DNA of 64,000 nucleotides, from NCBI GenBank assembly GCA_000092065.1, contig CP000596.1; one strand, given 5' to 3'. Below are positions 29,228-39,774 of the stretch, in pieces. A program made the position numbers and the translations under genes. The stretch is from Ostreococcus lucimarinus. Lineage: Eukaryota. Within the stretch, counting starts at the first letter, position 1; each line of letters starts with the position of its first letter. Under the pieces are notes generated by a model that was given only the letters and a program-made list of their open reading frames with translations, made no database searches and was not told where the DNA came from.

Positions 29228-30391
29228 CTAGACCGCAGCCGAGCCGATGCCGCCCGTTGTGGCGGCGGCGATCCCCTCCCGATACGCCTCGGCGCGCGCC
29301 TGCTCGAGCGTGTGCCCGCCGCTGCGGAACGAGCTGTACACCCAGCGAATAGCCAAGACGGACAAGACGGAGTCCGCCGCGAACAGCAGCATGACGATGG
29401 TGTGCATGACGCCAATGGTCTTGTTGCCTTGCAGCGCTTCGTTGAGATTCAATATTCCGCACAGCGACCATTTCTGCGCGCCGAACATGTTCGGCGGCGC
29501 CAGGGTGGCGAAGAAGACGAATCCGATGTGCACCATGAACATCAAGAAGAACCAAAGGAACCCGAACGCGCGGTCGGTTTTGCACGAATTATAAACTCGT
29601 CTGTACCACAACATGTAGGCACCGGGGATGCCACACACCATGTATATGAACGCCATGAGAAACGCCGCGAAGTCCATGTGCAAGAACATGCGCGCCATGG
29701 CCACGAAAAAGTTGCTCACGAGGGCGAGCGCGAAGACGCAGTACACCGTGTAACAGAACTTCACGCACGATCGGTGCTGCGGATGAATCTCGTCGGAGAT
29801 GTTGTGGTACGTGAACGCCCAGAACGAGAACGGCCAGTTCGGCGTCTTCCCTCCCCCTCCGCTTCGCGCCGACCGCTCGCGAACCTCCAAGTCGCGCTCT
29901 CGCCGTAAAATTTCCGCCTCGCGACGCTCGAGGTCGCGTCGCGCCGCCGTCAACGTCGCCGCCGACGCGCCACCGCCGCCCGCGCTCGTCCCCATCGCGC
30001 CTTGCGTCCCCCCCACCGCGGACGCGGACGAAGACCCGCCGCCGAACGCGCCCTTAAACGCGCTCGTCGCCGATCGAAACGCCGACCGCCCGCCCTCCGC
30101 GGCCGCCTCCACCCCTCCCGTCGCCCCAGCCCCCGCCGCGACGTCGTACGCCCCGAACGTCGAGTGCGGCGCCCCCCCGCTTCCCACCGCTCGCTCGTAC
30201 GCGCTCTCCGGCATCGGCACGTCCGGCAGCGTCTCGCCGACCCCCCCCGCGCCGCCGCCCTCCGTCGTCGTCGACGCCCCCTCGAACGGGTTACTGAACC
30301 CATCCTGCGACTCGTCGCTCGCGCGTCGCGCGCGTCCGCTCTCGAACGGGTTCGACGCCCGCGCGGGCGTCGTCTCGAACGGGTTGCTCAT
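29228..30391 (-). CDS. secretory carrier membrane protein (SCAMP)
   Basis: Three N-terminal NPF repeats (SNPFETT, SNPFESG, SNPFEGA), a coiled-coil stretch, four TM helices, and the conserved inter-helix peptide LWYRRVYNSCKTDRAFGFLWFF. Confidence 0.85.
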   Translation of the reverse strand: MSNPFETTPARASNPFESGRARRASDESQDGFSNPFEGASTTTEGGGAGGVGETLPDVPMPESAYERAVGSGGAPHSTFGAYDVAAGAGATGGVEAAAEGGRSAFRSATSAFKGAFGGGSSSASAVGGTQGAMGTSAGGGGASAATLTAARRDLERREAEILRRERDLEVRERSARSGGGGKTPNWPFSFWAFTYHNISDEIHPQHRSCVKFCYTVYCVFALALVSNFFVAMARMFLHMDFAAFLMAFIYMVCGIPGAYMLWYRRVYNSCKTDRAFGFLWFFLMFMVHIGFVFFATLAPPNMFGAQKWSLCGILNLNEALQGNKTIGVMHTIVMLLFAADSVLSVLAIRWVYSSFRSGGHTLEQARAEAYREGIAAATTGGIGSAAV

Positions 30392-30623
30392 TCGAACGCG
30401 TCGGATCGAATCAAATCTTCAAATCTTCAAATCTTTCGCAAATCTGTGCGCGTTCGCGCCCCTCGCGAAGCGTCGCGACGGATTCGCGCGTAAAGCGTCG
30501 CTCGTGGGCGTCCCGCGTCTCTCCCGCGCGCGAACCCGCGGCGGCGCGCGGCGTCAGCGCGCGAACCGCGTCGCGAAATGCCGAATCCGCAGCGTCACTG
30601 CGCGACGCCGATCGATCGACGAC

Positions 30624-33206
30624 ATGGCGCCGAGCGACGCGCTGACGCGATTGCTCGAAGAAACCCCGCTCACGACGGACGCGTGGGTGCAGTGCGATTC
30701 GTGCGAGACGTGGCGCCGCGTCCCGCGCGTCGTCGCGGACCGGTTGGGGGAAAACACGGCGTGGTTTTGTCATCAGAATTTGGATCAGAAATTCTCGACG
30801 TGCGACGACGCGCAGGAGCTGAGCGACGACGAGATCGATCGGTTGATGCGCGCGCAGGCGCATGCGGCGACGAGCGCGGCGAACGGTGAGGACGCGTGCG
30901 ATGGGGATTCGAACGCGAGGGCGCGCGGGCGCGCGGTGACGAACGAGTGGTACAGGACGACGCGAAACATATTCGCGCACCGAGCGCCGAGGACGCCGTC
31001 GGAGGACGACGCGATGATCTGCGCGTGCGCGCCGGAGAGCGGCGCGGGGTGCGGGAGCGATTGTTTGAATCGATTGGTGCTGAGCGAGTGCGATCCGGCG
31101 CACTGTCCGTGCGGGAGCGCGTGCGGGAATCAGAGGATGAGTCGGGGGGAGAGCAGAGCGACGACGGTGCGACGAACGGGGAAAAAGGGACACGGGTTGT
31201 TCGCCGCGGAGCGCGTCGGCGCGGGGGAGTTCGTGTTGGAGTACTGCGGGGAGGTTTTGCACGAGGAGGCGTACAAGGAACGGAAGCGGCGGTATCAAGA
31301 CGAGGGAAGGAGTCATTATTACTTCATGACGCTGTCGAGCAGCGAAACGATCGACGCGACGATTCGAGGAAACGAGGGGCGGTTTTTAAATCACTCGTGC
31401 GCGCCGAATTGCGAGACGCAAAAGTGGATGGTTCGCGGGGAGCTGTGCATCGGAATATTCGCCACGCGAGACATCGAGGAGGGGGAGGAGCTGACGATCG
31501 ATTACAAGTTTGAGCGCTTCGGTGAGAAACCGTCGCGATGCTACTGCATGGCGGGCGCGTGTTGCGGGTGGATCGGCGGCGCGAAAGCCGCCGAGGCGGC
31601 CAAGGCGTACAACGTCGACGGCGACGACGACGAGGGGCACGAGGACGATCCGGAGCCGATAATGCGCGAACTCGACGAGGCGCTCATCGCGCAAGAAGAA
31701 GCCAAGGGACGAGAACAGATGGCGGACAAGTACGCACCGAAAAAGGTGGCCGTCAAGGCCGAAAACAAGTCTTGGCGACCGCCCGAGGAGGTTCGCGAAA
31801 TCGAGCGACAGCGCAAGGCGACGGAACGAGACGAAAACCGCGCGGCGCGCGCGGCGAGATCGAGCGGTGGCTCCAACGTCCGTCGCGTCAAGATTCCCGC
31901 GGGTTCGTACGCGCAAAAGTGGAGCGCGATGTCCGCCGGGGCGAAGAAGCGGACCGAGGTCGATCTCACCATGGAGGAGTTGCAATCCACGACTGGGGGG
32001 TTGCGTTCGAAGGACGCCGTGTCGCACTGCGTGCAGCTTTTCAACTTGTGCTATCCAGTCGACGCCGACGGTGTGACGCAAATCAACACTCGCGATCTCG
32101 GTTTGATTCTCGAAGCGATTTCGTTGACGAAAAATCCCAGTCTGCAGCAAGAACTCGTCGGCGGCGGCGTCATGTCGTGCTTTCAAAAGTGCATCAACGT
32201 CCTCGGCGGTCCGACTGCGTCCGCGGCGCACGCCGCGCTTCAGCGCAAGATTTTGAAAATCTTGATGGATTTGATGCTTCATTTCAAAGAGTTTGTCATC
32301 ACTCGCATCGGTGAAACGAGAACAGCGGCGGGGACGCTGATGCAAGCCATCGGCGACTTGCGCGTGGCGAACGACACGCCGTTGATGAAGCTGGCGCGAG
32401 ATTTCGAGTACAAGTACATCGGCACCGGCGTCATGGGACCGATGCCCGAACGTCCGCGCGCGCAGCCTCCGCAGCAGCAGCTTCGTCGAAATGACTCGGG
32501 TTCGGGGTCGGGCGCCGGTTGGGGGATGCGATCTCCATCCACCGGTTCTTTGAATCGCTACGGGAGTTCGCCCGCGGGATCGATGTTCAACGGTAGCGCG
32601 CCGCCGCGAAGCGCGATGTCCGGCGGTCGAGGCGGCTTTAACGGTAGCGCGCCGCCAAGAAGCGCCATGTCCAGCGGCGGTATTCGAGGCGGCGGCTACG
32701 GTGGTGGCTACGGTGCGCCGCCGCAGCAGCAATCGAGCCTGTCGCAAGCGATGCGTCCGCAATCGCAAGCGTACCCGCCGCAACAGCGCGACGGCGGTTG
32801 GGGACCTCCGCCCGCCGCCGCTCCGCCGCACTCGTCGTACGACGACGGTCGAGGGATAAAACGCGCGCGCGACGAACCGCTTCGCCAGCCTCAACGACCA
32901 CGCGCCACCGCGAGTAAGCCTTTGCTCACGCAACCGCTCCCGGCGCAATTCGAAGATCCGCGATCAGAGCTCTTCGCCGACGCCGTCACCGCCTTCGTGA
33001 CGATGGAAGTCGAAGACCTCCGCGCGCCGAGCCACCCTTTGCACGATCCACGAGCAAACTACGACCGCCTCACCCAACGCTGGGCGCTCGAGGCGCTGGA
33101 AAACGAGCACGCGCAGTGGAACCAAAGCGACGCCCGGCCGCTCCCGGTGTCGCAAGTCCGCGAGCGCGTCGTCTCGCACGTCAGATCCGCCGCCCGCGCC
33201 TCCTGA
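30624..33206 (+). CDS. SET-domain histone-lysine methyltransferase of the SET2/ASH1 class with an N-terminal CW-type zinc finger
   Basis: ATG at 30624 (MAPSDALTRLLEE). CW finger WVQCDSCETWRRVP..WFCHQN. AWS region CACAPESGAGCGSDCLNRLVLSECDPAHCPCGSACGNQRM. SET domain GHGLFAAERV...RFLNHSCAPNC...ELTIDY. Post-SET CYCMAGACCGW. Long Gly/Pro/RGG-rich C-terminus. Confidence 0.85.
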   Translation: MAPSDALTRLLEETPLTTDAWVQCDSCETWRRVPRVVADRLGENTAWFCHQNLDQKFSTCDDAQELSDDEIDRLMRAQAHAATSAANGEDACDGDSNARARGRAVTNEWYRTTRNIFAHRAPRTPSEDDAMICACAPESGAGCGSDCLNRLVLSECDPAHCPCGSACGNQRMSRGESRATTVRRTGKKGHGLFAAERVGAGEFVLEYCGEVLHEEAYKERKRRYQDEGRSHYYFMTLSSSETIDATIRGNEGRFLNHSCAPNCETQKWMVRGELCIGIFATRDIEEGEELTIDYKFERFGEKPSRCYCMAGACCGWIGGAKAAEAAKAYNVDGDDDEGHEDDPEPIMRELDEALIAQEEAKGREQMADKYAPKKVAVKAENKSWRPPEEVREIERQRKATERDENRAARAARSSGGSNVRRVKIPAGSYAQKWSAMSAGAKKRTEVDLTMEELQSTTGGLRSKDAVSHCVQLFNLCYPVDADGVTQINTRDLGLILEAISLTKNPSLQQELVGGGVMSCFQKCINVLGGPTASAAHAALQRKILKILMDLMLHFKEFVITRIGETRTAAGTLMQAIGDLRVANDTPLMKLARDFEYKYIGTGVMGPMPERPRAQPPQQQLRRNDSGSGSGAGWGMRSPSTGSLNRYGSSPAGSMFNGSAPPRSAMSGGRGGFNGSAPPRSAMSSGGIRGGGYGGGYGAPPQQQSSLSQAMRPQSQAYPPQQRDGGWGPPPAAAPPHSSYDDGRGIKRARDEPLRQPQRPRATASKPLLTQPLPAQFEDPRSELFADAVTAFVTMEVEDLRAPSHPLHDPRANYDRLTQRWALEALENEHAQWNQSDARPLPVSQVRERVVSHVRSAARAS

Positions 33207-33349
33207 TCCCGATCCACGCCGACCGAATCGAAAGAATTGAATTGATGAATAGACTTGAATCGACGACGCGTCCGTCTCGTTCGCGCCCACCGTCCCTCGC
33301 CTCGCGTTCGTCTCGCTCGCCGCGCTCGCCCCACTCGGCGACTCGCGCC

Positions 33350-33931
33350 ATGTCCGCCGCGCCGCGTCGCGCCCCCGATCCTCCCGCGCTTCGCGCGCGC
33401 GCGCGCTCGACGCGACACCGCGACGCTCGATGCCGCGCCGCCGTCGTCCGTCGCACGGGCGAGGACGAACCGACGCAAACGCCCGGCGTCGTCCGTCGCG
33501 CCTTCGCCGTCGACCTCGGCGGTCCGACCCCCGCCGCCGTCGCGCTCGCGTTCCCGGACGCCACCGACGCGGTGTGCTTCGAACTCACGCGCCCGCTCGG
33601 CGTCGTCTTCGAGCAGCGGCTCAGCGGCGCGACGACGGAGATTTTCGTGGACGAGGTCGTGGAGAACGGCGCGGCGGCGAAAGCCGGCGTCGAGCGGGGC
33701 GACGTCTTGCGCCTGTGCACCGCGGTGTTCGAAGTCAGCGCGCCCGTGGACGTCACGACGTGGTTGAATCCACCGGCGAAGCGCAAGGTGAAGGCGTACT
33801 ACGAGTGCGACGCGAAACCGTTCGATTCAGTGATGGACGCGCTGGCGTCGCACGGCGTCCAAATCGACACGCCGAACGGAAAGGAGGACGTCAAATTCGT
33901 GGGGTTGGTGCTTCAACGCGCGCGCGCGTAG
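33350..33931 (+). CDS. small PDZ-domain protein with a transit-peptide-like N-terminus
   Basis: ATG at 33350 (MSAAPRRAPDPPALRARARSTRHRDARCRAAVV). PDZ-like core RPLGVVFEQRL..EIFVDEVVENGAAAKAGVERGDVLRL. Confidence 0.5.
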   Translation: MSAAPRRAPDPPALRARARSTRHRDARCRAAVVRRTGEDEPTQTPGVVRRAFAVDLGGPTPAAVALAFPDATDAVCFELTRPLGVVFEQRLSGATTEIFVDEVVENGAAAKAGVERGDVLRLCTAVFEVSAPVDVTTWLNPPAKRKVKAYYECDAKPFDSVMDALASHGVQIDTPNGKEDVKFVGLVLQRARA

Positions 33932-34101
33932 CGTCGCCGTGGATTTATTGAGAGTGTGGATGCGTGGACGCGCGAACGTGTGGATCGGATGCGCGCGCGC
34001 GCGAAATTAGAGCGCGATTGTAAACGACGAGCGTCGAACATCGAGGCGAGGCGCCGCGAGCGTCACACGCCGACGCATCCCACGTCCCCTCGAGCGCGCG
34101 C

Positions 34102-36700
34102 ATGCCTCGCGTCATCGAACTCGACGACGATGAAATAATAGATCGTCAATCGAGCGCGGTTTCGGCGTCCACGACGGCGTCCACGCGTCGCGAGACGGTC
34201 GTTTTCGATGAAGATTTCGACGATGAGAGTGACGCCGAACGACCGAACCTTTACGCGATTCTCGGCGTCGACAGCGCGGCGACGACGTCAGAGATCACGC
34301 GCGCGTACAGGTCTATCGCCATTAAACACCATCCCGATCGCCGACGGGGACGAGCGAACCCGACGGGGCAGGATGACGGGGATGAAAAGTTTGTGGAGGC
34401 GCAGGCGGCTTACGAGATTTTAAAAGACGACGCGAAGCGAGAATTTTACGACGCCGGGGGATCGATGGCGGAGATGGTGCGTCGCGCGACGTGATTGTGA
34501 TCATTTTGAGTGACTGACTGATGCGTTTCGGTGCACGTAGGACGTGGACGTGGAGGAGTACGTGGACGCGTTTAGAGCGTTGTTTGAGGAAAGATTCGGC
34601 GGCGAGGACGTCGCGGCGCTGACGAGAGGGATGTCCACGGAGGAGCTCGAGGCGATGCCCCCGTTTCCGTTTCCAAAGTTTTTGTTTCCGAAAGGAACGT
34701 TTCCAGACGGTTTGAGGTTCGACGAGTCGTCGTTCACGGCGCCGCCGAAGGTCAAGGCGTTCGTCGACGAACACGGAGAGGACGCGTTAGCCGCGCTCGC
34801 GAGCGAGTTAGCGGCGAAGGCTGCGAAGAACCGCGGCGCGGGGGGCGAAACACTGACCAGGGGAGGATTGAGCGAGGAAGAAGAGTTGCGCGCGTTCATC
34901 ATGGACGCCATGAAGGATGAGCTTGACGGCTTGCAGTTTCCCGAAGGTGAAGACATGGACGAAGCCATGGCGCGCTTGATGGAGTCGATGCAAGATTTCG
35001 CGGGTGGCATCAATGGTTTAGGACGCGATTACGGCGACATTTCAGACGACGAGGATGGGGAATTCGGCTACGGCTCACCGAGCTACGGCTCGCCGAGCTA
35101 TGGTTCCCCGCGTTTTGGAGGACGGCGTTCGAGTGGCGTCGCGAGCGACGATTCCGAGCGTTCGTACACGCACACGTCTGCATTGGAGGTGCGACGTTGG
35201 TTGGACGCAGCCAAGGCGGGAGATTTGATCACCATGCAAATACTTCATAAAGAACAGCCTTCGTTGGTGCACGAGCGCTCGAGCGGTGTCGGACACACCG
35301 CCGCGCACTGGGCGGCGGCGAAGGGACACGTCGGCGCGTTGACGTGGTTGCTCGACGCGTGCTCGTTTGATCCCAATTTTTCCAACGCATGCGGTGCCAC
35401 GGCGTTACACTCGGCGGCGGCGAATGGTCAGGAAACGTGCGCAGCCCTACTCGTCGCGCGCGGCGCGCGAACAGATAAGGTGGATGAAATTGGCGAGTCG
35501 CCGTGTGATGTCGCCATACGAATGCAGCGAAGCGGCAAACTCATCGACATACTCGGCGGAGACACCGCGAGAACTGGCGTGTTTTGTGGCGTATGCGAAG
35601 AACTGCCGGTCGTACAAGAAGAAGATGAAATCCCAGCCATCGAGCTCGACAAGGATGCACAACGACGTTGGCTCGGCGCAGCCAAGGCGGGAGATTTGGG
35701 TGTCATGCGCACGATTCTCGATGCAGACGAGAACTTACTATACGCGAACGGTGATGGCACAAACTATGGTTTTTCTGGGAACACCGCCATGCACTGGGCT
35801 GCTTCGAAGAACCACGTCGAATGCATTCGTTGGTTGTACGCTCGCGGTATGGATCCGAACGTCATAAACAAGGGCGACAGCACGCCGGCGCACTCAGCGG
35901 CTGGTTCTGGTGCGCTTGAGGCGCTTCGCACTCTTGTGCACGAGTGTGGTGCCGATGTCGATCGCGCAAACGACGTGGACGAGCGACCGATTGATATTGC
36001 GACGCATCGAGGGTACCATGACGTCGTCACTTTGCTGAAAACTGGTGCCGCGCTCGAAACGTTGCGTGAAGAATTTCTTCGCCAAGGTTCGTACACGATC
36101 AAACGCGCCAAAGGTGTCCTGGACTCGTTCGCCGCAAACGATGCCTCGTGTCGTGGACTGGGCGAAAAGTCGGAAATTGTCGCCAAGATTCAGTCGTACG
36201 TGGACGCACTTCCCGTGAGAATTGAACGCAAGTGCGTCGCGCCGAAACCGCAGTTGCGTGGCGCCGTCACCGCGCCCGAACCTGTGGACGAAATCGTCAC
36301 CCGGAAAGCGAGAGATCGCGCGAACGAGCTGCTCGCTGCGCAAGATTTCACGGCCGCCATCGCATCGTACTCTATGGCCATACGACTTGATCGCGCAAAC
36401 GCCGCGCTGTTTTGCGAACGAAGCGCCGCCAACCTCGGCGCGGGCAAGATTGAAGACGCCCTCGCGGATGCCAAAACCGCGGTCAAGCTCGATGCGCGCC
36501 TAGGAATCGCGTACGCAGCACAAGCGGCTGCGCTCAGCGCCGCGAGTCTCCACGCCGAGGCCGTAAAGGTGTGTCGCGCCGGGTTACTTGAAGACGCCGA
36601 GTGCGACGCCTTGCGAACGCAAATCGTCGCGAGCGAGCGCGCCATCGCGGATGATCGCGCGAGGTACGAAAAAATGTGGGGCGACGAAAGAAAGGTTTAG
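34102..36700 (+). CDS. DnaJ (J-domain) - ankyrin-repeat - TPR protein, join(34102..34476,34541..36700)
   Basis: Exon 1 carries a J domain (LYAILGVDSAATTSEITRAYRSIAIKHHPDR..KFVEAQAAYEILKDDAKREFYD). It joins in phase 0 to exon 2 (DVDVEEYVDAF...) across a 64-nt intron with donor GTGCGT, branch-like GAGTGACTGACTGATG and acceptor CACGTAG. Exon 2 has two blocks of ankyrin repeats (TAAHWAAAKGHV.., TAMHWAASKNHVECIRWL..) and C-terminal TPRs. Together 844 aa. Confidence 0.6.
34477..34540 (+). other. short spliceosomal intron (64 nt) carrying the ACTGAC branch motif
   Basis: gtgcgtcgcgcgacgtgattgtgatcattttgagtgactgactgatgcgtttcggtgcacgtag. It is in-frame and removes the TGA that would otherwise end the J-domain ORF. 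Confidence 0.55.
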
Positions 36701-36829
36701 GGTAATTCAATTCATCAACTATCCCTCAACTATCCAGTGAGCTATCATCGACTCATCACCGCTCGACCGCCTGCTCCCGCGCCGTTCGCCCGCGTCGCCG
36801 CAGAGCGCGCCAACCCGATCGCCGCCCTC

Positions 36830-37819
36830 ATGCTCACCGACCCGATGACGTCCAAACCGTCGTCTGTGATGCAGTCGCAGACGCAGATGACGAGGATCGC
36901 CATGTGCGTCGTCGGCGTCGTCGGTTCTCTCATCGTCTACGGCATCTTGCAAGAACGGATCATGACGAGACCGTACGGGGTCGAGAGCGAATACTTCAAA
37001 TACAGCGTCTTCTTAGTGCTGAGTAACCGCGTGCTGAGCGCGTCGCTCGCGGCGGCGATCCTGGCGTACACGAAAGGGATGGTGCAACCGGCGGCGCCGA
37101 TTTGGAAGTATGCGGGGGTGAGCGCGAGCAACGTGCTGGCGACGACGTGCCAATACGAAGCGCTGCGATACGTGTCGTTCCCGGTGCAAACGCTCGGAAA
37201 GTGCGCGAAGATGATACCGGTGATGATTTGGGGATATTTCATCAATCAGCGACGGTATACACTGAACGATTACGTCATAGCGTCGTGCGTCACGCTCGGT
37301 TGTACCATTTTCGCGTTGTACGGCGATTTGACGCACAAGCACAGCGCCAAGAGTTCGAACACCAGCGCGAAAGGATTGATGTTAATGTTAGGCTATCTCG
37401 GTTTCGACGGATTCACGAGCACGTTTCAGGATAAGCTGTTCAAAGGATACCAAATGGAGACGTACAATCAAATGTTGTACGTCAACGGAGTCAGCGCGTG
37501 CCTCTCCGTCGCCTGGCTCTTATCCGACGGCGCGATTTGGCAGGCCCTGGAGTTCATCGCCCGTCACCCCGCGGTGTTATCCGATATCATCACTCTGTCA
37601 TTGAGTTCGATGTTCGGTCAGCTCTGCATCCTGTACACCATCAAAGAGTTCGGCGCGTTGCTCTTCGCCGCCATCATGACGACGCGACAGCTACTCAGCA
37701 TTCTTCTCAGCTGCGTGTTATTCCTCCATCCACTGACGTGGCAGCAATGGTGTGGCACCGCCTTAGTTTTCTCCGCGCTCTACGCCCAGGCGTATTTGAA
37801 GAACGCGCAGCCGCGTTAG
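36830..37819 (+). CDS. SLC35B-family nucleotide-sugar / UAA transporter (SLC35B1/HUT1-like)
   Basis: ATG at 36830. MTRIAMCVVGVVGSLIVYGILQERIMTRPYGVESEYFKYSVFLVLSNRV is collinear with the SLC35B1 N-terminus (GILQEKITRGKYG...). Ten predicted helices, 329 aa. Confidence 0.65.
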   Translation: MLTDPMTSKPSSVMQSQTQMTRIAMCVVGVVGSLIVYGILQERIMTRPYGVESEYFKYSVFLVLSNRVLSASLAAAILAYTKGMVQPAAPIWKYAGVSASNVLATTCQYEALRYVSFPVQTLGKCAKMIPVMIWGYFINQRRYTLNDYVIASCVTLGCTIFALYGDLTHKHSAKSSNTSAKGLMLMLGYLGFDGFTSTFQDKLFKGYQMETYNQMLYVNGVSACLSVAWLLSDGAIWQALEFIARHPAVLSDIITLSLSSMFGQLCILYTIKEFGALLFAAIMTTRQLLSILLSCVLFLHPLTWQQWCGTALVFSALYAQAYLKNAQPR

Positions 37820-37998
37820 CCCGTTTCTTTCGCGCGCGCGCGAGCGGCGAGTCACCGATTCAAATCTCCATCCTTCACCGCTTGTCCGAACACCCATATG
37901 TTACATACAATGCTAGTATCAGATTCATACACAATACCGTTTATTCCAACCCATCCAGACCGACCGCGTTATCCGACGACGTCACACGCGCGCGCGTC

Positions 37999-39537
37999 AT
38001 GACGTCCGCCTCGCACGCGCGATGCGCGCTCAGCGCCCAGCTCACCGCGAGAAGACACGCGAGAGGTGCGTCGATGCGACCGCGACGCGACCGCGACGCG
38101 CGCGCGACGACGGCGACGCGCGCGCGCGGCGAAGACGATGGGATCGTTCGCCGGACGCGCTGGCGGACGCGGGACGGCGACCGCGCGGCGCGCGCGACGC
38201 GCGAGACGGCGACCGCGACCGCGCGGACGCGCGAGACGCGATTCGCGAACGACGCGCGACGCGCGCGCGCGGACCGGACGACGCGCGGACGAGGACGGGC
38301 GAGAGCGGGGAGACGCGAGGGATCGCGAGACGGCGCGAAGACGCGGACGACCCGGACGAAAGCGAGGGGTCGACGAGCGATGCGAGATGACTGACGAATG
38401 ATGCGATGGTCGTTTTGAACGCGCGCAGTGTCCACGACGCAAACGGTGGCGATGCCGAGAATGGGGACGAAGACGCGAAGCATCACGGCGCCGGGGGTGA
38501 TCGAGCTCGGGGACGAGAACAACGACGCGGTGGTTTGGAAGAGACTCGGACAAGAAGGCGTCGATAAGGCGGTCGAGTTGTGGAGTTCGGTGAACAGTGA
38601 GGCGGCGGCGGCGGCAAAAGGGGCGTGGGCCGGCGTGAAGCCCGCGCACAAGGTTTTCCTTTCGGATATTTTGGCGAGTCCGAAGCGCAACGCGTTTTTG
38701 AGAAAGTGGATTCCGACGGATATCACGTACGTCAGTTTCATCGGAGTCATGCACCTCGGGTGCCTGCTCGCGCCGTTTACTTTCACCTGGGGAGCGTTCA
38801 AGTGCTTCTTGGCGATGTATTTCATCACTGGTTGCCTCGGTATCACGCTGAGCTATCACAGGCAGATTGCGCACAAGTCGTTCCGCACGCCCAAGTGGCT
38901 CGAGTACGCGCTCGCGTACTGCGGTGCGTTGGCCATGCAAGGTGACCCGTTGGAGTGGGCGTCGAGCCACCGTTACCACCACCAGCACTGCGACACGCCC
39001 AAAGACCCGCACACGCCGTACGAAGGCTTCTGGTGGTCGCACGCCGGATGGTTGTTGGATAACGAGGCGACCATCGAGCGCGTGGGGGATCGCTCGAACG
39101 CCCAAGAGCTCGCGGCGCAGCCGTTCTACCGCTTCATGGAGAAGACGTACATCTGGCATATCGCCGCGTCCGCCGCTGTGTTGTTCGCCCTCGGCGGTTT
39201 GCCGTGGCTCGTTTGGGGTTTCTGCGTGCGCACCGTGTGGGTGTGGCACATCACTTGGGCGGTGAACTCGGTGGCGCACTGCTGGGGTTCGCAAGAGTTC
39301 AACACGGGTGATTTGTCTCGCAACAATTGGCTCATAGGTATCTTGGCGTACGGTGAAGGCTGGCACAACAACCATCACGCCTTCGAATTTAGCGCTCGCC
39401 ACGGATTACGTTGGTGGCAAATTGATATGACTTGGATGGTCATCAGCGTGTTGAAGTTCTTCCGCTTGGCGGATAAGGTGAAACTCCCGAAGGAGGCGCA
39501 GATGGAACGCATGCGTTTCCAGCCAACCCAAGCCTAA
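37999..39537 (+). CDS. delta-9 acyl-lipid desaturase (DesC/ADS-like), join(37999..38065,38429..39537)
   Basis: His boxes HRQIAHKSF, HRYHHQHCDTPKDPH and GEGWHNNHHAFEFSARHG. A 67-nt first exon (MTSASHARCALSAQLTARRHAR, transit-peptide-like) ends in phase 1 at GTGCGTCGATGCGAC. Exon 2 starts TG..., giving GTG = V then STTQTVAMPRMG. Confidence 0.75.
38066..38428 (+). other. spliceosomal intron, introner-like (363 nt)
   Basis: GTGCGTCG donor, long T-poor GACGCG/GCGCGA body, then GAGATGACTGACGAATGATG...GCGCGCAG. Reading it as coding gives only Arg-rich nonsense ORFs. Confidence 0.7.
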
Positions 39538-39774
39538 GGAGTCAGCAATGGATACTACAATAAAACGGTTTTATTCACAGCCGCGACGACGACGCGCCGC
39601 TCGCTTCGTCGATCGCTCGCCACCGACTTCATTCTTCACTCCAGCAGTTTAAAAAGTAAAAAAAGTACAGGAGATTTCCAGCAGCTGCTCTTCGCGACTC
39701 CGAGCGGATGAAAGTTCCGCGCCTTATTCTTACACGAGGATCATCGATTGACTAAGACCATTTTTTATCACAAA

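Noticed and set aside
34102-34494. The J-domain ORF as a complete 130-aa gene ending at the TGA at 34492..34494.
   Set aside because: That TGA lies inside a 64-nt segment with GTGCGT donor, ACTGACTGA branch and TAG acceptor. The downstream ankyrin-TPR ORF continues in phase and has no ATG. The spliced model is preferred, but kept at moderate confidence.
38022-38401. Arg/Asp-rich ORFs (38022..38390, 38066..38401, 13782..14501, 50322..51038, 60788..61729 and others) inside GACGCG-rich tracts.
   Set aside because: These are translations of introner-like introns or UTR low complexity. Composition (GACGCG units), the flanking splice signals, and the absence of any domain argue against coding.
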